Counted from the stretch's first letter, positions 21,610 to 31,683 are shown. The stretch is 64,000 nt of DNA from an uncultured Alphaproteobacteria bacterium (GCA_963700485.1 CAVOXQ010000012.1:10684-74683), one strand, 5' to 3'. Notes: generated by a model not told the origin, from the sequence alone. Numbers and translations are program-made.

Positions 21610-24360
21610 ATGCCCGTGCCAGTGCGTGAAGTGACATCGCCCCACGCCCTTTCGGTTGACGATGTCGCAAGGGACCTTGGCATCACACCCGAAGCCGGAC
21701 TGACGGACGGCGCGGCAAAGGCGCGGCTCCGATCGCAAGGCCCCAACAGGCTGCGCCAGAAGAAGCGCAAGAGCCTGATCGCCATCCTCGGCAACCAGTT
21801 CCAGAGCATGATCGTCGGTCTGCTGGCTTTTGCCGCCGGCCTGTCGTTCGCCTTTGGCGAGATCGCCGAAGGCTTGTCCGTCATTGCCCTTCTGGCCATC
21901 AACGCCGCCATAGGCTTCTTTACCGAACTCCGCGCCGCGCGGTCGATGGAGGCGCTGATGCGCATCGCCGACGTGCGCACCCGCGTCCGCCGCAGCGGCG
22001 CCACCCGGGTGATCGACGCGCAGGATCTGGTGACAGGCGATATCGTCGTCGTCGAAGCCGGCGACATCGTGACCGCGGATCTTCGCTTGGCCAAGGTCGC
22101 CAATCTTCAGGTCGACAAGTCCGTCCTGACCGGGGAATCCACGCCGGTCGACAAGGGCACGGACAGCGTTGCGCAGGATAGCCCGGTCGGGGATCGGTCG
22201 AACATGGCCTTCAAGGGAACGGCCATCACGCGGGGCTCTGGCGAAGGCATCGTCGTGGGCACCGGAATGGCCACCGAGATCGGACGGATCAGCCAGCTTG
22301 TGCAAGACGCCGAAGCCGGTGAGGCCCCGCTCGAGCGGCGGCTCGACCAACTCGGCCGCCGACTGGTCTGGCTCTCGCTGGCTCTTGCGGCACTCGCGAT
22401 CGGAGGTGGCATCCTGCGCGGCGCCGAACTCATCGTGATGATCCAGACCGGCGTTGCGCTTGCGGTTGCCTCGGTGCCCGAGGGACTGCCGGTCGTGGCG
22501 ACACTCAGCCTTGCCCGCGGCATGTGGCGCATGAACGCGCGCAACGCGCTTGTCACCCGGCTTTCTTCGGTGGAAACGCTGGGCGCCACGACCGTGATCC
22601 TGACCGACAAGACGGGAACGCTGACGGAAAACCGAATGCGCGTGGTCCGATATGTCTTCGACGAGACGACGCTGCGGGTCGATCCCGGCGGCGAGTGTCC
22701 GTTCCGGGCCAACGACGATACACAGGTTGCGCCCGGTAACGACGCCCGCCTCGCCTGGGCGCTTCGCGTGGGCGCGCTTTGCGCCAACGCCGAGCATGAT
22801 GACAAAGGCGAAGGGCGGCATGTCGGCGATCCGATGGAGGTCGCACTGCTTGCCGTCGCCGCAGCTGCCGGGGTCGATCCCGACGACCTTGCCAGGTCGT
22901 TCCCCGAAAAACGCGAACACGGCTTCGATCCCGACGAAAAGATGATGGCTACCGTGCATGCGGACGGCGACCGCCATGTCGTCGCCGTCAAGGGCGCGCC
23001 CGAGGCGGTCCTGCGGGTCAGCACGCAGGTTCTCACCCGCTGCGGCAGGACCAAACCGCTTGACGAGGCGGCCCGCCGCCAGTGGCTCGACCGAAACGCC
23101 AAGGCCGCTCGGGATGGGCTCCGCGTTCTCGCCCTGGCGATGAAGACTGTTTCAGATGACGCCGCAGCGCCCTATTGCGACCTGCATCTCATCGGGCTCG
23201 TCTGCCTGCTCGATCCGGTCCGCAAGGGCGTGCCCGCTGCGATCGAGGCGAGCCGGCAGGCCGGCGTCCGGGTCGTCATGCTGACCGGCGACCACGCGGA
23301 TACGGCCAGGAGCATCGCGCGCAAGGCCGGGCTGGGCGAAGGCGAGCTTTCGGTGATGGAGGGGAACGATCTTGCCGGCCTGGACGCCGGCGAGACCGAC
23401 GCAGGGGAACTCGACCGCGTGTTGCGGACCGATGTCTTCGCCCGCGTCACGCCGGAAACCAAGCTGAAACTCGTATCCATGTTTCAGAAGGCCGGTCATG
23501 TCGTCGCGATGACCGGCGATGGCGTGAACGACGCACCCGCGCTGAAAAAGGCCGATATCGGCATCGCCATGGGGCTTCGCGGTACCGAGGTCGCCAAGGA
23601 GGCCGCACACATGGTTCTTCGCGACGACGAGTTTGCGACGATCATCGCGGCCATGCGCGAAGGTCGGGTGATCTTCGACAACATCCGAAAGTTCGCGGTC
23701 TACATGATGTCCTGCAATGTCAGCCAGTTGCTCGTTGTGGGTCTGGCCGTGGGCGCCGGCCTTCCGACGCCCCTCCTGCCCCTGCAAATCCTCTACCTGA
23801 ACGTGGTCACCGGCGTTTTTCCCGCCCTCGCGCTCGGCCTTGGGTCCGGAACAGCAAGCGTCATGGCGCGACCGCCCCGCGACCCCGAAAAGCCGATCAT
23901 GGAGCGCCGCGAATGGATACAGATCGCCCTTCTTGGCGCGTTTCTGGCGATCGGGATTCTCGGGGCGCTCGGCATCGCGCTCTTCTGGCTCGAACTTGAC
24001 GCGGAGGGTGCGGTCACCGTGGCCTTTCTGACCCTTGCGCTGGGGCATCTCTGGAACGTATTCAATCTGCGCGATCCCGACACCGGCCCGATCATGAACG
24101 ACGTGACGCGCAACAGATATGTCTGGGGCGCGATTGTCCTCTGCCTGGGTCTGATCGCGCTGGCGCTCTGGCTGCCGGGGCTGGCAGCGCTCCTCTCGCT
24201 CGATCCATCCAGCATGGCGGGGTTGGCGCTTGCCGCCGGATCAAGCCTGTTGCCGCTGCTTCTGGGGCAGACGTGGCTGGGTTGGAAGGGCCGTGTCGAG
24301 AGGCGGCGGGACGAGCCACCACCTGACGCGAATTGCGGGTGCCCGCGCAAGCGCGGATGA
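21610..24360 (+). CDS. Cation-translocating P-type ATPase (P2-type)
   Basis: TGES, VPEGLP, DKTGTLT, KGAPE, MLTGD, MTGDGVNDAPALKKADIG. Confidence 0.95.
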   Translation: MPVPVREVTSPHALSVDDVARDLGITPEAGLTDGAAKARLRSQGPNRLRQKKRKSLIAILGNQFQSMIVGLLAFAAGLSFAFGEIAEGLSVIALLAINAAIGFFTELRAARSMEALMRIADVRTRVRRSGATRVIDAQDLVTGDIVVVEAGDIVTADLRLAKVANLQVDKSVLTGESTPVDKGTDSVAQDSPVGDRSNMAFKGTAITRGSGEGIVVGTGMATEIGRISQLVQDAEAGEAPLERRLDQLGRRLVWLSLALAALAIGGGILRGAELIVMIQTGVALAVASVPEGLPVVATLSLARGMWRMNARNALVTRLSSVETLGATTVILTDKTGTLTENRMRVVRYVFDETTLRVDPGGECPFRANDDTQVAPGNDARLAWALRVGALCANAEHDDKGEGRHVGDPMEVALLAVAAAAGVDPDDLARSFPEKREHGFDPDEKMMATVHADGDRHVVAVKGAPEAVLRVSTQVLTRCGRTKPLDEAARRQWLDRNAKAARDGLRVLALAMKTVSDDAAAPYCDLHLIGLVCLLDPVRKGVPAAIEASRQAGVRVVMLTGDHADTARSIARKAGLGEGELSVMEGNDLAGLDAGETDAGELDRVLRTDVFARVTPETKLKLVSMFQKAGHVVAMTGDGVNDAPALKKADIGIAMGLRGTEVAKEAAHMVLRDDEFATIIAAMREGRVIFDNIRKFAVYMMSCNVSQLLVVGLAVGAGLPTPLLPLQILYLNVVTGVFPALALGLGSGTASVMARPPRDPEKPIMERREWIQIALLGAFLAIGILGALGIALFWLELDAEGAVTVAFLTLALGHLWNVFNLRDPDTGPIMNDVTRNRYVWGAIVLCLGLIALALWLPGLAALLSLDPSSMAGLALAAGSSLLPLLLGQTWLGWKGRVERRRDEPPPDANCGCPRKRG

Positions 24361-24537
24361 CCTTCAGGGGCGGCCCGATCCGTTCCGCAGCCGAGGCACG
24401 CGGGGCTAAACCGGGTGGCGCCGCTCCGCCCATGCCCTGCGTTCCGGAACAGGATCCGGGCGCATGTCTGACTTCTATCGAGGGACCACCAAGCAGCGGG
24501 CGGCGGCCGCGCTTGCCGCCGTGCCCGCCGGCCCGTC

Positions 24538-24551
24538 TTGACCGAGGTAAA
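24538..24551. promoter_or_regulatory. Crp/Fnr-like box TTGAC-CGAG-GTAAA upstream of dodecin
   Basis: Reverse complement is TTTAC-CTCG-GTCAA; about 87 bp before the ATG. Confidence 0.5.
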
Positions 24552-24637
24552 TGCAGCCGGCTCCGCATCGCCTCAGACTGTCTGAGGCTGCACCGAAGCG
24601 TGCATTGCCAAATGGAAGCGAGCAAAGGAGATCAACA

Positions 24638-24853
24638 ATGTCGATGCTGAAGGTCATCGAAGTCCTGGCAGAATCCCCCGACGGGTTCGACGCCGCGACG
24701 GCGACGGCGGTCGCCAGGGCCGCAGAGACGGTCAGGAACATCAAATCCATCTACATCAAGGATTTGAACGCCGAAGTCGTCGACGGCAAGATCACCAACT
24801 ACCGGGTGAACGCCAAGATCAGCTTTTTGCTCGACGGCCAGTCGGCATCCTAG
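24638..24853 (+). CDS. Dodecin family protein
   Basis: LKVIEVLAESP.GFD.A...A..TVRNIKSIY...YRVNAKISF; SD AAGGAG. Confidence 0.88.
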   Translation: MSMLKVIEVLAESPDGFDAATATAVARAAETVRNIKSIYIKDLNAEVVDGKITNYRVNAKISFLLDGQSAS

Positions 24854-25043
24854 GCGGACGGCCGTCCGTGAGCGGGGAAATGACCTGCCGTCGCGGCCGT
24901 GATTGCCCCGCCCGTCGTTGTCAAGAACAGGGCCACTTCGGACAGTCGGGCCAAACCTTGTCCCGCAGTCGAATGGCCCCATCAAGCCGACCTGCCGGGC
25001 GGGCCTCCGACGCCCTGCCCGGCCGCCCAACCCGGAGCACCCC

Positions 25044-25490
25044 ATGGCCTACCTGCGTTTCGCAGCGATGATCGCTGTCTCCACCGTCGCGATGTACCTG
25101 ATGATGTATCTTAACACATACAGTTTCGAACATGTGTACTGGAGCCAAACCCGCGCCTGGATGGCACTCTACATGGGGGCTGGCATGGCAATCATCATGA
25201 TGGGTCTCATGTTCGGGATGTATCGGTGGCCCACGCTCAACCTTGCGATCATCGGTTTTGCCGCACTCGTCTTCGTGGCCTCGGTCTATCTCGTGCGCAG
25301 CCAGCGAACCGTCGATGACCTGGCCTGGATGCGCGCGATGATCCCGCACCACTCGATCGCGATCCTGACCAGCGAACGGGCGCGCATCGGCGACCCGCGC
25401 GTGCGCGAGCTCGCCGACCAGATCATCGACACCCAGCGACGGGAGATTGCGCGGATGCAGGAGTTGATTGCCGATCTCGACGTGCAATGA
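25044..25490 (+). CDS. DUF305 domain membrane protein (ferritin-like)
   Basis: Met-rich TMs then WMRAMIPHHSIAILTS...A..II.TQRREI..M. Confidence 0.85.
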   Translation: MAYLRFAAMIAVSTVAMYLMMYLNTYSFEHVYWSQTRAWMALYMGAGMAIIMMGLMFGMYRWPTLNLAIIGFAALVFVASVYLVRSQRTVDDLAWMRAMIPHHSIAILTSERARIGDPRVRELADQIIDTQRREIARMQELIADLDVQ

Positions 25491-25563
25491 CCGCGCCCGC
25501 CACGCGGGAAGGCGGGACCGATCGCTGCCTTGGGGGGCTTATCCTCAAGATCGATACGACGAT

Positions 25564-26037
25564 TCAACTGTTCTCGCAGGCCTCGATCGACGCTTCGATC
25601 TTGTCGAGTGGGAGGTTTGTCAGATCCTTGTCGATCTCTGCCAGGATCACCGATCTCAGGCTGTCGTCATAGGCCTTGCGCAACGTCCCGAGCGACCGGG
25701 GGTCTGCGACGACCACAAGGTGCGAAAACCGACCCGCAGCCGCCCATTCCTTCAACTTGCCGGCCAGTTCGTCGGCAAATCGCGCCTCTGCGACCCGGTG
25801 CCAGTCGGTTTCCTCCATGGCGCTCTTGCCCCAGGCCCTGACCCCGCCCGACACTTCGCGCGCTGCGTCGTGCTGACGTCCTGCGCGATCGCTCGACAAC
25901 TCGTGCGCCGCCGGGTTCGGGCTTGATCGGTGATCGACGACCTCGAGATGCAGGAAATCGGCATCCCCCTTGTTGCGCAACAGCAGGTATTTCTCGCCGT
26001 CGGCGACGACGACCCAGGTGTCATGGGCAAGCTTCAC
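25564..26037 (-). CDS. Host attachment family (AtsE / baeRF family 12) protein
   Basis: TWVVVADGEK.LLLRN.GD, DRAGR, SAMEETDWH..AE.RFA, VVADPRSLG.LR, EIDKDLT. Confidence 0.85.
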   Translation of the reverse strand: MKLAHDTWVVVADGEKYLLLRNKGDADFLHLEVVDHRSSPNPAAHELSSDRAGRQHDAAREVSGGVRAWGKSAMEETDWHRVAEARFADELAGKLKEWAAAGRFSHLVVVADPRSLGTLRKAYDDSLRSVILAEIDKDLTNLPLDKIEASIEACENS

Positions 26038-26511
26038 CGGCAAAGTCCTTCTGGCATCTGGCTTTTCAGCTTGATCGTTCGCGACCCGCCTCCGGTCGAG
26101 CGCCATGTGGCAGGTGCTTGTTGCGCGCGACCCTTGCCTTGGTCGCGGGTATCCCGAATATGCGGCGCATGTCGCGGACCTGCATTTCGGGCGCACCCGA
26201 TCGCGCGATTGCGCTGCCCGGTCCGGGCTTGCCGCAGGGTTCCGCCACATCTAGCCGTTTTCTGCGGCGAACGTCTCGGTTTCAGTTCCGACATCCGGAC
26301 CTCCTTGGGTTTCTCGGGGTCTCGAAAGGCATCCTAGCGCGAAAAGATGCAGGCGACTTAACCCCTGCTAACGCGCGAAAGTCGACGGAAATGACAACCT
26401 TCGGACAGAGCGTGACTGGTGCCACCACCGCAAGGATCGGCACACCCGCCAGCGCGGCGGTGTTCGCAGACGCGCCATCTGGATGATGCCGGGACAACGC
26501 AAGGAGGCCCG

Positions 26512-27105
26512 ATGCAAACGCCCGTCGAACTTGCATTCAAACATGTCGAGCCGTCCGAGGAGATCAGGGAACTGGTGCGCGAAAAGGCCAGTCACCTGGA
26601 ACGGTTCTTTGACGGGATCACCAGTTGCCACGTCTACATCCGCGCGCCGCACAAGAGCCAGCGCAAGGGCAACCTCTACGAAGTCACCATCGAAGTGCGG
26701 GTGCCGGGTCAGGAACTTGTCGTCCACCACAACCAGAACGATGTGGCCGAGCACGAACATCTGCGCGTCGCGGTGCGCGATGCCTTCGCCGCGATGGCGA
26801 TCGAGTTGAAACGCTGGAAAAACCAGATCAGGGGTGACGTGAAGTCCCGCGAGGGGCCGCTTCAGGGCAGGGTGGTGGAAATCAGGCATGACGAGGGGTT
26901 CGGGCAGATCATCGCAACGGACAATCGTCTGATCTATTTCCATCGAAACAGCGTCGTCGATGGCAGTTTCGACGAACTTCAGCCCCGAGATACCGTGGAA
27001 CTGGTCGTCCAGACCGGCGACAGCCCGATCGGGCCGCAGGCCAGCACCGTGCGCAGGATCGGCCCGCTGGATTTCGTGCCGGCGACCAAGCCGACCCGGC
27101 GGTGA
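26512..27105 (+). CDS. HPF/RaiA ribosome hibernation domain fused to a cold-shock domain
   Basis: MQTPVELAF..VEPSE..LERFFD.ITSCHV...VAVRDAF, then EGFG.I..DNRLIYFHRNSV...GPQASTV. Confidence 0.88.
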   Translation: MQTPVELAFKHVEPSEEIRELVREKASHLERFFDGITSCHVYIRAPHKSQRKGNLYEVTIEVRVPGQELVVHHNQNDVAEHEHLRVAVRDAFAAMAIELKRWKNQIRGDVKSREGPLQGRVVEIRHDEGFGQIIATDNRLIYFHRNSVVDGSFDELQPRDTVELVVQTGDSPIGPQASTVRRIGPLDFVPATKPTRR

Positions 27106-27597
27106 TGGCGGGGGCTCCTCGCTTTGCGTTCCCTGGCAAGAGTGCGGTCGGGCATCCGGCGTGATCGGACATCGCGAAAACATGCCTCTGTTCGGGATGC
27201 CATCTGCCAGCGTGCAAACCAAGACCCGTCCGGCAAATCACGGGACAGATCCATTCCGCCAAGGGTCTTTGCTGCTTCCGTGTCACGCTCTCTTCCTCGC
27301 GCTTCGCGGGCCCGGACCGGGCCCGCCTTCAACTGTTCGACGCGGTGAGGCGGGCCAGGATCAGCCGTGGGGAGAAGGTCAACGGGCCACAAGACGGGCA
27401 GCACTTCATCCCACCCCGTTGCCGGTCCTGCCCGGACGTGGCGCCGGAGCCTTTGTGGCTGCACCCAGATACCCGAGGTTTTCAGTCCCGGCATGGTCGT
27501 GTCCCACACCGTGGTGTAGCTGGCGCTGATCGTCAACGCGATTTTCGGCGCGGACCTGCTTGATCAGCGCGCCACGGCGGGCAGGCTGATGACGGCA

Positions 27598-28086
27598 TCA
27601 TCGCCCATCGGTGCGATGGTTTCCAGTGTCATGTATCGCGCGCGTTGACCCGTCGCCTGCCCCATAGGTGGTCCCGATAGCCACAAACAATGCAGCATTA
27701 GTCCCTATCCTGGGAATCGCTTGGCCCTGACACAGATACCACCTGCCAGCCGGGGTCGTTGATCCTGCATACTCAGTAACCGTTCCCACAGGGACAGCCC
27801 CGGAAACCAGAGTGGCAATGTCAGCAATGGCTGCATTGATCTGAGCCTGAATGGCTGAAGTAACCCCTGCGACAAACCCAAGCTCTGCCTTGGTCGTTAC
27901 CAGACCAGCAAGCTTGTTCAGTTCAGCAGGAGTCCCTGTAATGGGAACATTGATATTCGGAAATGTCTTGACGACTGCATCCTTGATCAGCCGGATATGG
28001 TTATCCCCTTGGGATGCCAAATCACCGTCGAGCGGATAAGTCACATTCAAATCAGCGATAGTGTTGATGATAGTCTCTAGGCCCAT
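27598..28086 (-). pseudogene. Phage tail fibre gene, truncated within the tail-collar domain
   Basis: MGLE...QGDNHIRLIK..V.KTFPN head; collar VPVGTVTEYAG.TTP...LCQGQ...ALF.AIGTTYGAGDGST breaks off before the usual TFNLPDLRG; low GC. Confidence 0.75.
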
Positions 28087-28118
28087 AAGTCCTCCAAAGG
28101 GACCAAAGGGTGCCCTAG

Positions 28119-28388
28119 TTAATCATATTCAGTGTCGTCATCTGGTTCCCACGTTCCGTCTTCTTCCTTGGACCTGATCCAAAGGAGAATGTCGAAACCG
28201 GGTACTGGCTGTTGACGGAAAAATTCTTTCACTTCATCCAGCGTGTAGTCGCCCACGGAATACCCTCGGACGATACCGGCCAAGAAGCCTATCTGTTCGG
28301 CGTCAGGGGACGTGATCGGTGGGGGCGAAGTGGTGCCCGTTAGGTGGAATGCCAGGACTCGCTTCAGGTCATCAATTTCGCCGTACAT
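28119..28388 (-). CDS. Hypothetical protein in the low-GC phage-derived segment
   Basis: 89-aa ORF with SD GGAGG, co-oriented with the tail fibre remnant. Confidence 0.55.
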   Translation of the reverse strand: MYGEIDDLKRVLAFHLTGTTSPPPITSPDAEQIGFLAGIVRGYSVGDYTLDEVKEFFRQQPVPGFDILLWIRSKEEDGTWEPDDDTEYD

Positions 28389-28624
28389 CTGATTCCTCCA
28401 TGGGAATTACTTTAGAGGGTCCAAGGGCCGTTTTCCGGTATGGGCTGGCTAGTTCTGTGGGTAGTCGTTTTGTAGAGAATTAAGGGGGACCATGGGCATC
28501 TTGGAAGTTCTGACGTTGTGGAGAAAGCCAGAAGGATACCCGCACAACAGCGTCACGGCATCGAGGGGCCATCCTGCGGGCCTCTCTCACAAACTGCCGA
28601 AGTTACTGATTTTATTCGGAACAT

Positions 28625-28700
28625 TGGTGCCCCCAGAGAGACTCGAACTCCCGACCCTCTGATTACAAATCAGATGCTCTACCAGCTGAGCTATAGGGGC
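28625..28700 (-). tRNA. tRNA-Thr (anticodon TGT)
   Basis: GCCCCTATAGCTCAGCTGGTAGAGCATCTGATTTGTAATCAGAGGGTCGGGAGTTCGAGTCTCTCTGGGGGCACCA: cloverleaf, GTTCGA T-loop, encoded CCA. Confidence 0.97.
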
Positions 28701-28748
28701 ACGCGATCGCAGATACAGCCATCGCGCGATCCTTGCAAGCGGCCTGGC

Positions 28749-30404
28749 CTAGCGATTGGCCCGCGCCATCAGCCCGACCGCCGCCAACCCCACCAGCATC
28801 ACGAGAATTGCGGCCGGAGCGGCATCGCCGAGGTTCTCGAGGCTCGCCTTCTCGTGAACCCGTGTCGCCAGCGTGTCGTAATTGAAGGGCCGCAGCAGCA
28901 GCGTCGCCGGCAATTCCTTCACGCAATCGACAAAGACCACAAGAAGCGCCGTCGCCACGGACCGCTGCATCAATGGCAGGTAGACCGCGTGCAGGGCCCC
29001 GCCCGCGCTCCGCCCCAGCGAGCGGGCCGCCATCGGCAGGCTGGGCGCGACCCGCCCGAAGGCCGCGTCCACCGCGCCCTGCGCGATCGCGAAGAACCGC
29101 ACCGCATAGGCCAGCACCAGCGCCGCCGCCGTCCCGGTCAGGATCAATCCGGGATCGTGTCCCGTCATCTGCACCACGAGGTCTGCCACCCGCTGATCCA
29201 GCGCGGCGAGCGGGATCAGAAGCCCGACCGCCAGCACCGCCCCGGGCGCCGCATAGCCCACGGTCGTCACCGGCATCAGCCGCCGCACCGCCGCGCTGCG
29301 CGACATCCGCGCGCCGTAGACCAGAAACAGCGCGGCCCCGACCGTCAGGACCGAGGCCGTGCCCCCGACCATGAGCGTGTTTCCCAGCGCCCGGACCAGC
29401 CCCGGCGAAACCCAGGCCTCGGGGTTGCGGATGGCAATCGAAAGGATCACCCCGACGGGCAGCACGAACCCCGCCACGAACGGCATGAGGCAGAGCCCGG
29501 TCGCGCTCCAGGCCCGAAGCCCGACAAGCCGCACCGGCGCGACCGGGCGCGCACCCCGCGCCATCTGGTGAAACCGCAGGTTCCGCCGGCCCGCACGCTC
29601 CATCGCCACGAGCCCGAGGATCAATACAAGCATGACCAGCGAAAGCTGCGCCGCACCGCCCGCGTTGCCGCCCGAAAGCCAGACTGTGAAAACCCCGGTC
29701 GTCAGCGTCTGCACCCCGAAATAGCTGACCGTGCCATAGTCGTTCACCGTCTCCATTGCGGCCAGGGCCACACCCGCCGCAACCGCCGGACGCGCCAGTG
29801 GCAAACCCACCCGGAAAAACAGCCCCCAAGGGCCGGTTCCCAGGGCCCGGGCCACCTCATAGGCGCTGCCGGACTGTTCCCGAAAGGCGGCCCGGGCCAG
29901 CAGATACACATAAGGATAGAGCGCCGCCGACAGGACGATCATCGCGGCCCCGACCGAGCGCACTTCGGGAAACCAGTAGTCGCGCGCGCTCTGCCACCCC
30001 ATCGCCGCACGCATCGCGCCCTGCACAGGGCCCGCGTATTCCAGAAAATCGACCAGCGCGTAGGCCCCGATATAGGCCGGGATCGCGAGCGGCAGCAGCA
30101 GCGCATAGTCCAGAACCCGCGACAGCGGAAATCGGTACATCGTCAGCAGCCAGGCCGCCCCGGTGCCCGCCACCGCCGTCAGCACCCCCACCCCGAGCAT
30201 CAGCGTCAGCGTGGTGGCCAGATAGCGCGGCAGCACGGTGGCCATCATGTGCGGCCAGATGTTCTCGACCGGCGTCAGCGCGATCCAGATGACAGAAACG
30301 ATGGGCAGCACCACCACGGCGGTGATCAGCATCGCCCCTGCCGCCCAGGGGTCGGGCCTGCGCAACCATCGCGCGCGCCTTATCTGAGTGTTTTGCTCGG
30401 CCAT
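28749..30404 (-). CDS. Fe(III) ABC transporter permease (FbpB/SfuB type)
   Basis: Two-domain permease: LPLAIPAYI, LYPYVYLLARAAF, VKELPATLLLRPFNYDTLA. Confidence 0.9.
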   Translation of the reverse strand: MAEQNTQIRRARWLRRPDPWAAGAMLITAVVVLPIVSVIWIALTPVENIWPHMMATVLPRYLATTLTLMLGVGVLTAVAGTGAAWLLTMYRFPLSRVLDYALLLPLAIPAYIGAYALVDFLEYAGPVQGAMRAAMGWQSARDYWFPEVRSVGAAMIVLSAALYPYVYLLARAAFREQSGSAYEVARALGTGPWGLFFRVGLPLARPAVAAGVALAAMETVNDYGTVSYFGVQTLTTGVFTVWLSGGNAGGAAQLSLVMLVLILGLVAMERAGRRNLRFHQMARGARPVAPVRLVGLRAWSATGLCLMPFVAGFVLPVGVILSIAIRNPEAWVSPGLVRALGNTLMVGGTASVLTVGAALFLVYGARMSRSAAVRRLMPVTTVGYAAPGAVLAVGLLIPLAALDQRVADLVVQMTGHDPGLILTGTAAALVLAYAVRFFAIAQGAVDAAFGRVAPSLPMAARSLGRSAGGALHAVYLPLMQRSVATALLVVFVDCVKELPATLLLRPFNYDTLATRVHEKASLENLGDAAPAAILVMLVGLAAVGLMARANR

Positions 30405-30547
30405 CCTGTCCGGCGGGTTACAGGAAAGCGGTTTCCCTGTCCAGAAAAGCCCGTATAGTCCGAAAGCGGCCCACGAAGGGCGCGCGTCATGGGTGCGCGC
30501 CCCCGCGCGCGGCGCCCGCGAACCTGGGGCCGGAACAGAAACTCCCG

Positions 30548-31420
30548 ATGCAGATCGTCTATCACCTCGGGGTCCATTGCACCGACGAGGAAAAACTCCT
30601 CCGCTGCCTGCTCAAGAATCGTGGCCCGCTCGCCGAACGGGGCATCGTCGTGCCCGGTCCTGCGCGCTACCGAGCCCTGATCAGGGATACGATCGCCTCG
30701 CTCAAGGGCGAAACCGCGACCGAGGAAACGCAGGCCCTCGTGCTCGAACAGATCATGGCCGAAGATACCGCCAGCCGCCTGGTCCTGTCGCACGACAATT
30801 TCATGGCCTTTCCGCAATGGGCGCTCCGGCGCAGCTTCTATCCCAACGGGCATGAACGGATGCGCGCCATGACGCGCATCTTTCCCGAGATCGAGGCCGA
30901 GTTTCATGTAGCCCTGCGAAGCCCGGCAGGCTTCGTGCCCGCACTGCTGCGGAAACTGGGCGACAAGGCCTATGACGATTTCATCTCGGGTGTCGATCCG
31001 CTGAGCCTGCGCTGGTCCGATCTCATCATCCGGCTCCGGGACACCAATCCGGACGTCCCGCTGACCGTCTGGTGCGACGAGGATACGCCGCTCTTGTGGC
31101 CCGAGATCCTGCGCGGACTTGCCGGACATGAGCCCGGCCTCGTGCTCGAGGGGGCCGAGGATTTCCTCGCAAGCCTCATGACGCCCGACGGCATGGCGCG
31201 CCTGCGCGCCTACATCGCGCAGAACCCACCCACCAGCGACGCGCAGCACCGCCGCATCGTCTCTGCCTTTCTCGACAAGTTCGCGCTTCCCGCCGAACTC
31301 GAGACGGAAATCGACCTGCCGGGCTGGACTGCCGAGTATGTGGCCGAACTCGACGCCGCCTACGACCTCGACATCGCGCGCATCGCGGCCATGCCGGGCG
31401 TCAGGCTGCTCCGGCCCTGA
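30548..31420 (+). CDS. Conserved hypothetical protein
   Basis: 290-aa ORF with host-like codon use; MQIVYHLGVHCTDEEKL. Confidence 0.75.
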   Translation: MQIVYHLGVHCTDEEKLLRCLLKNRGPLAERGIVVPGPARYRALIRDTIASLKGETATEETQALVLEQIMAEDTASRLVLSHDNFMAFPQWALRRSFYPNGHERMRAMTRIFPEIEAEFHVALRSPAGFVPALLRKLGDKAYDDFISGVDPLSLRWSDLIIRLRDTNPDVPLTVWCDEDTPLLWPEILRGLAGHEPGLVLEGAEDFLASLMTPDGMARLRAYIAQNPPTSDAQHRRIVSAFLDKFALPAELETEIDLPGWTAEYVAELDAAYDLDIARIAAMPGVRLLRP

Positions 31421-31428
31421 AGGGCTGT

Positions 31429-31683
31429 TCAGGCCATCCCCAACGCGGCCTTGTACATCTCCAGAACCGCTTCTTCCTCGGCGATCTCGTCGGGCTTGCG
31501 CTTGCGCAAGGCAATGACCTTGCGCATCACCTTGGTATCGTAGCCCCGGCCCTTCGCCTCGGCGAACAGTTCCTTTTCCTGTTCGGCGATGTCGCGCTTT
31601 TCGGCGGACAATTGCTCGGCCCGCTCGATGAACTGGCGCAGCTCGTCGGCGGTGACGTTGTAGGCGGCGGACTGGTCGTTCAT
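31429..31683 (-). CDS. gapR: DUF2312 / GapR nucleoid-associated protein
   Basis: ADELRQFIER.EQL..EK.DI...KE..AEAKGRGYDTKVMRK.IALRK. Confidence 0.88.
   Translation of the reverse strand: MNDQSAAYNVTADELRQFIERAEQLSAEKRDIAEQEKELFAEAKGRGYDTKVMRKVIALRKRKPDEIAEEEAVLEMYKAALGMA

Noticed and set aside
27306-27326. Palindrome GCGGGCCCGG-A-CCGGGCCCGC as a terminator
   Set aside because: No U-tract, 200 bp from the nearest stop, and such palindromes are common in GC-rich DNA.
27470-27645. Hydrophobic reading-frame fragment with an internal stop
   Set aside because: Too short to assign to a family.
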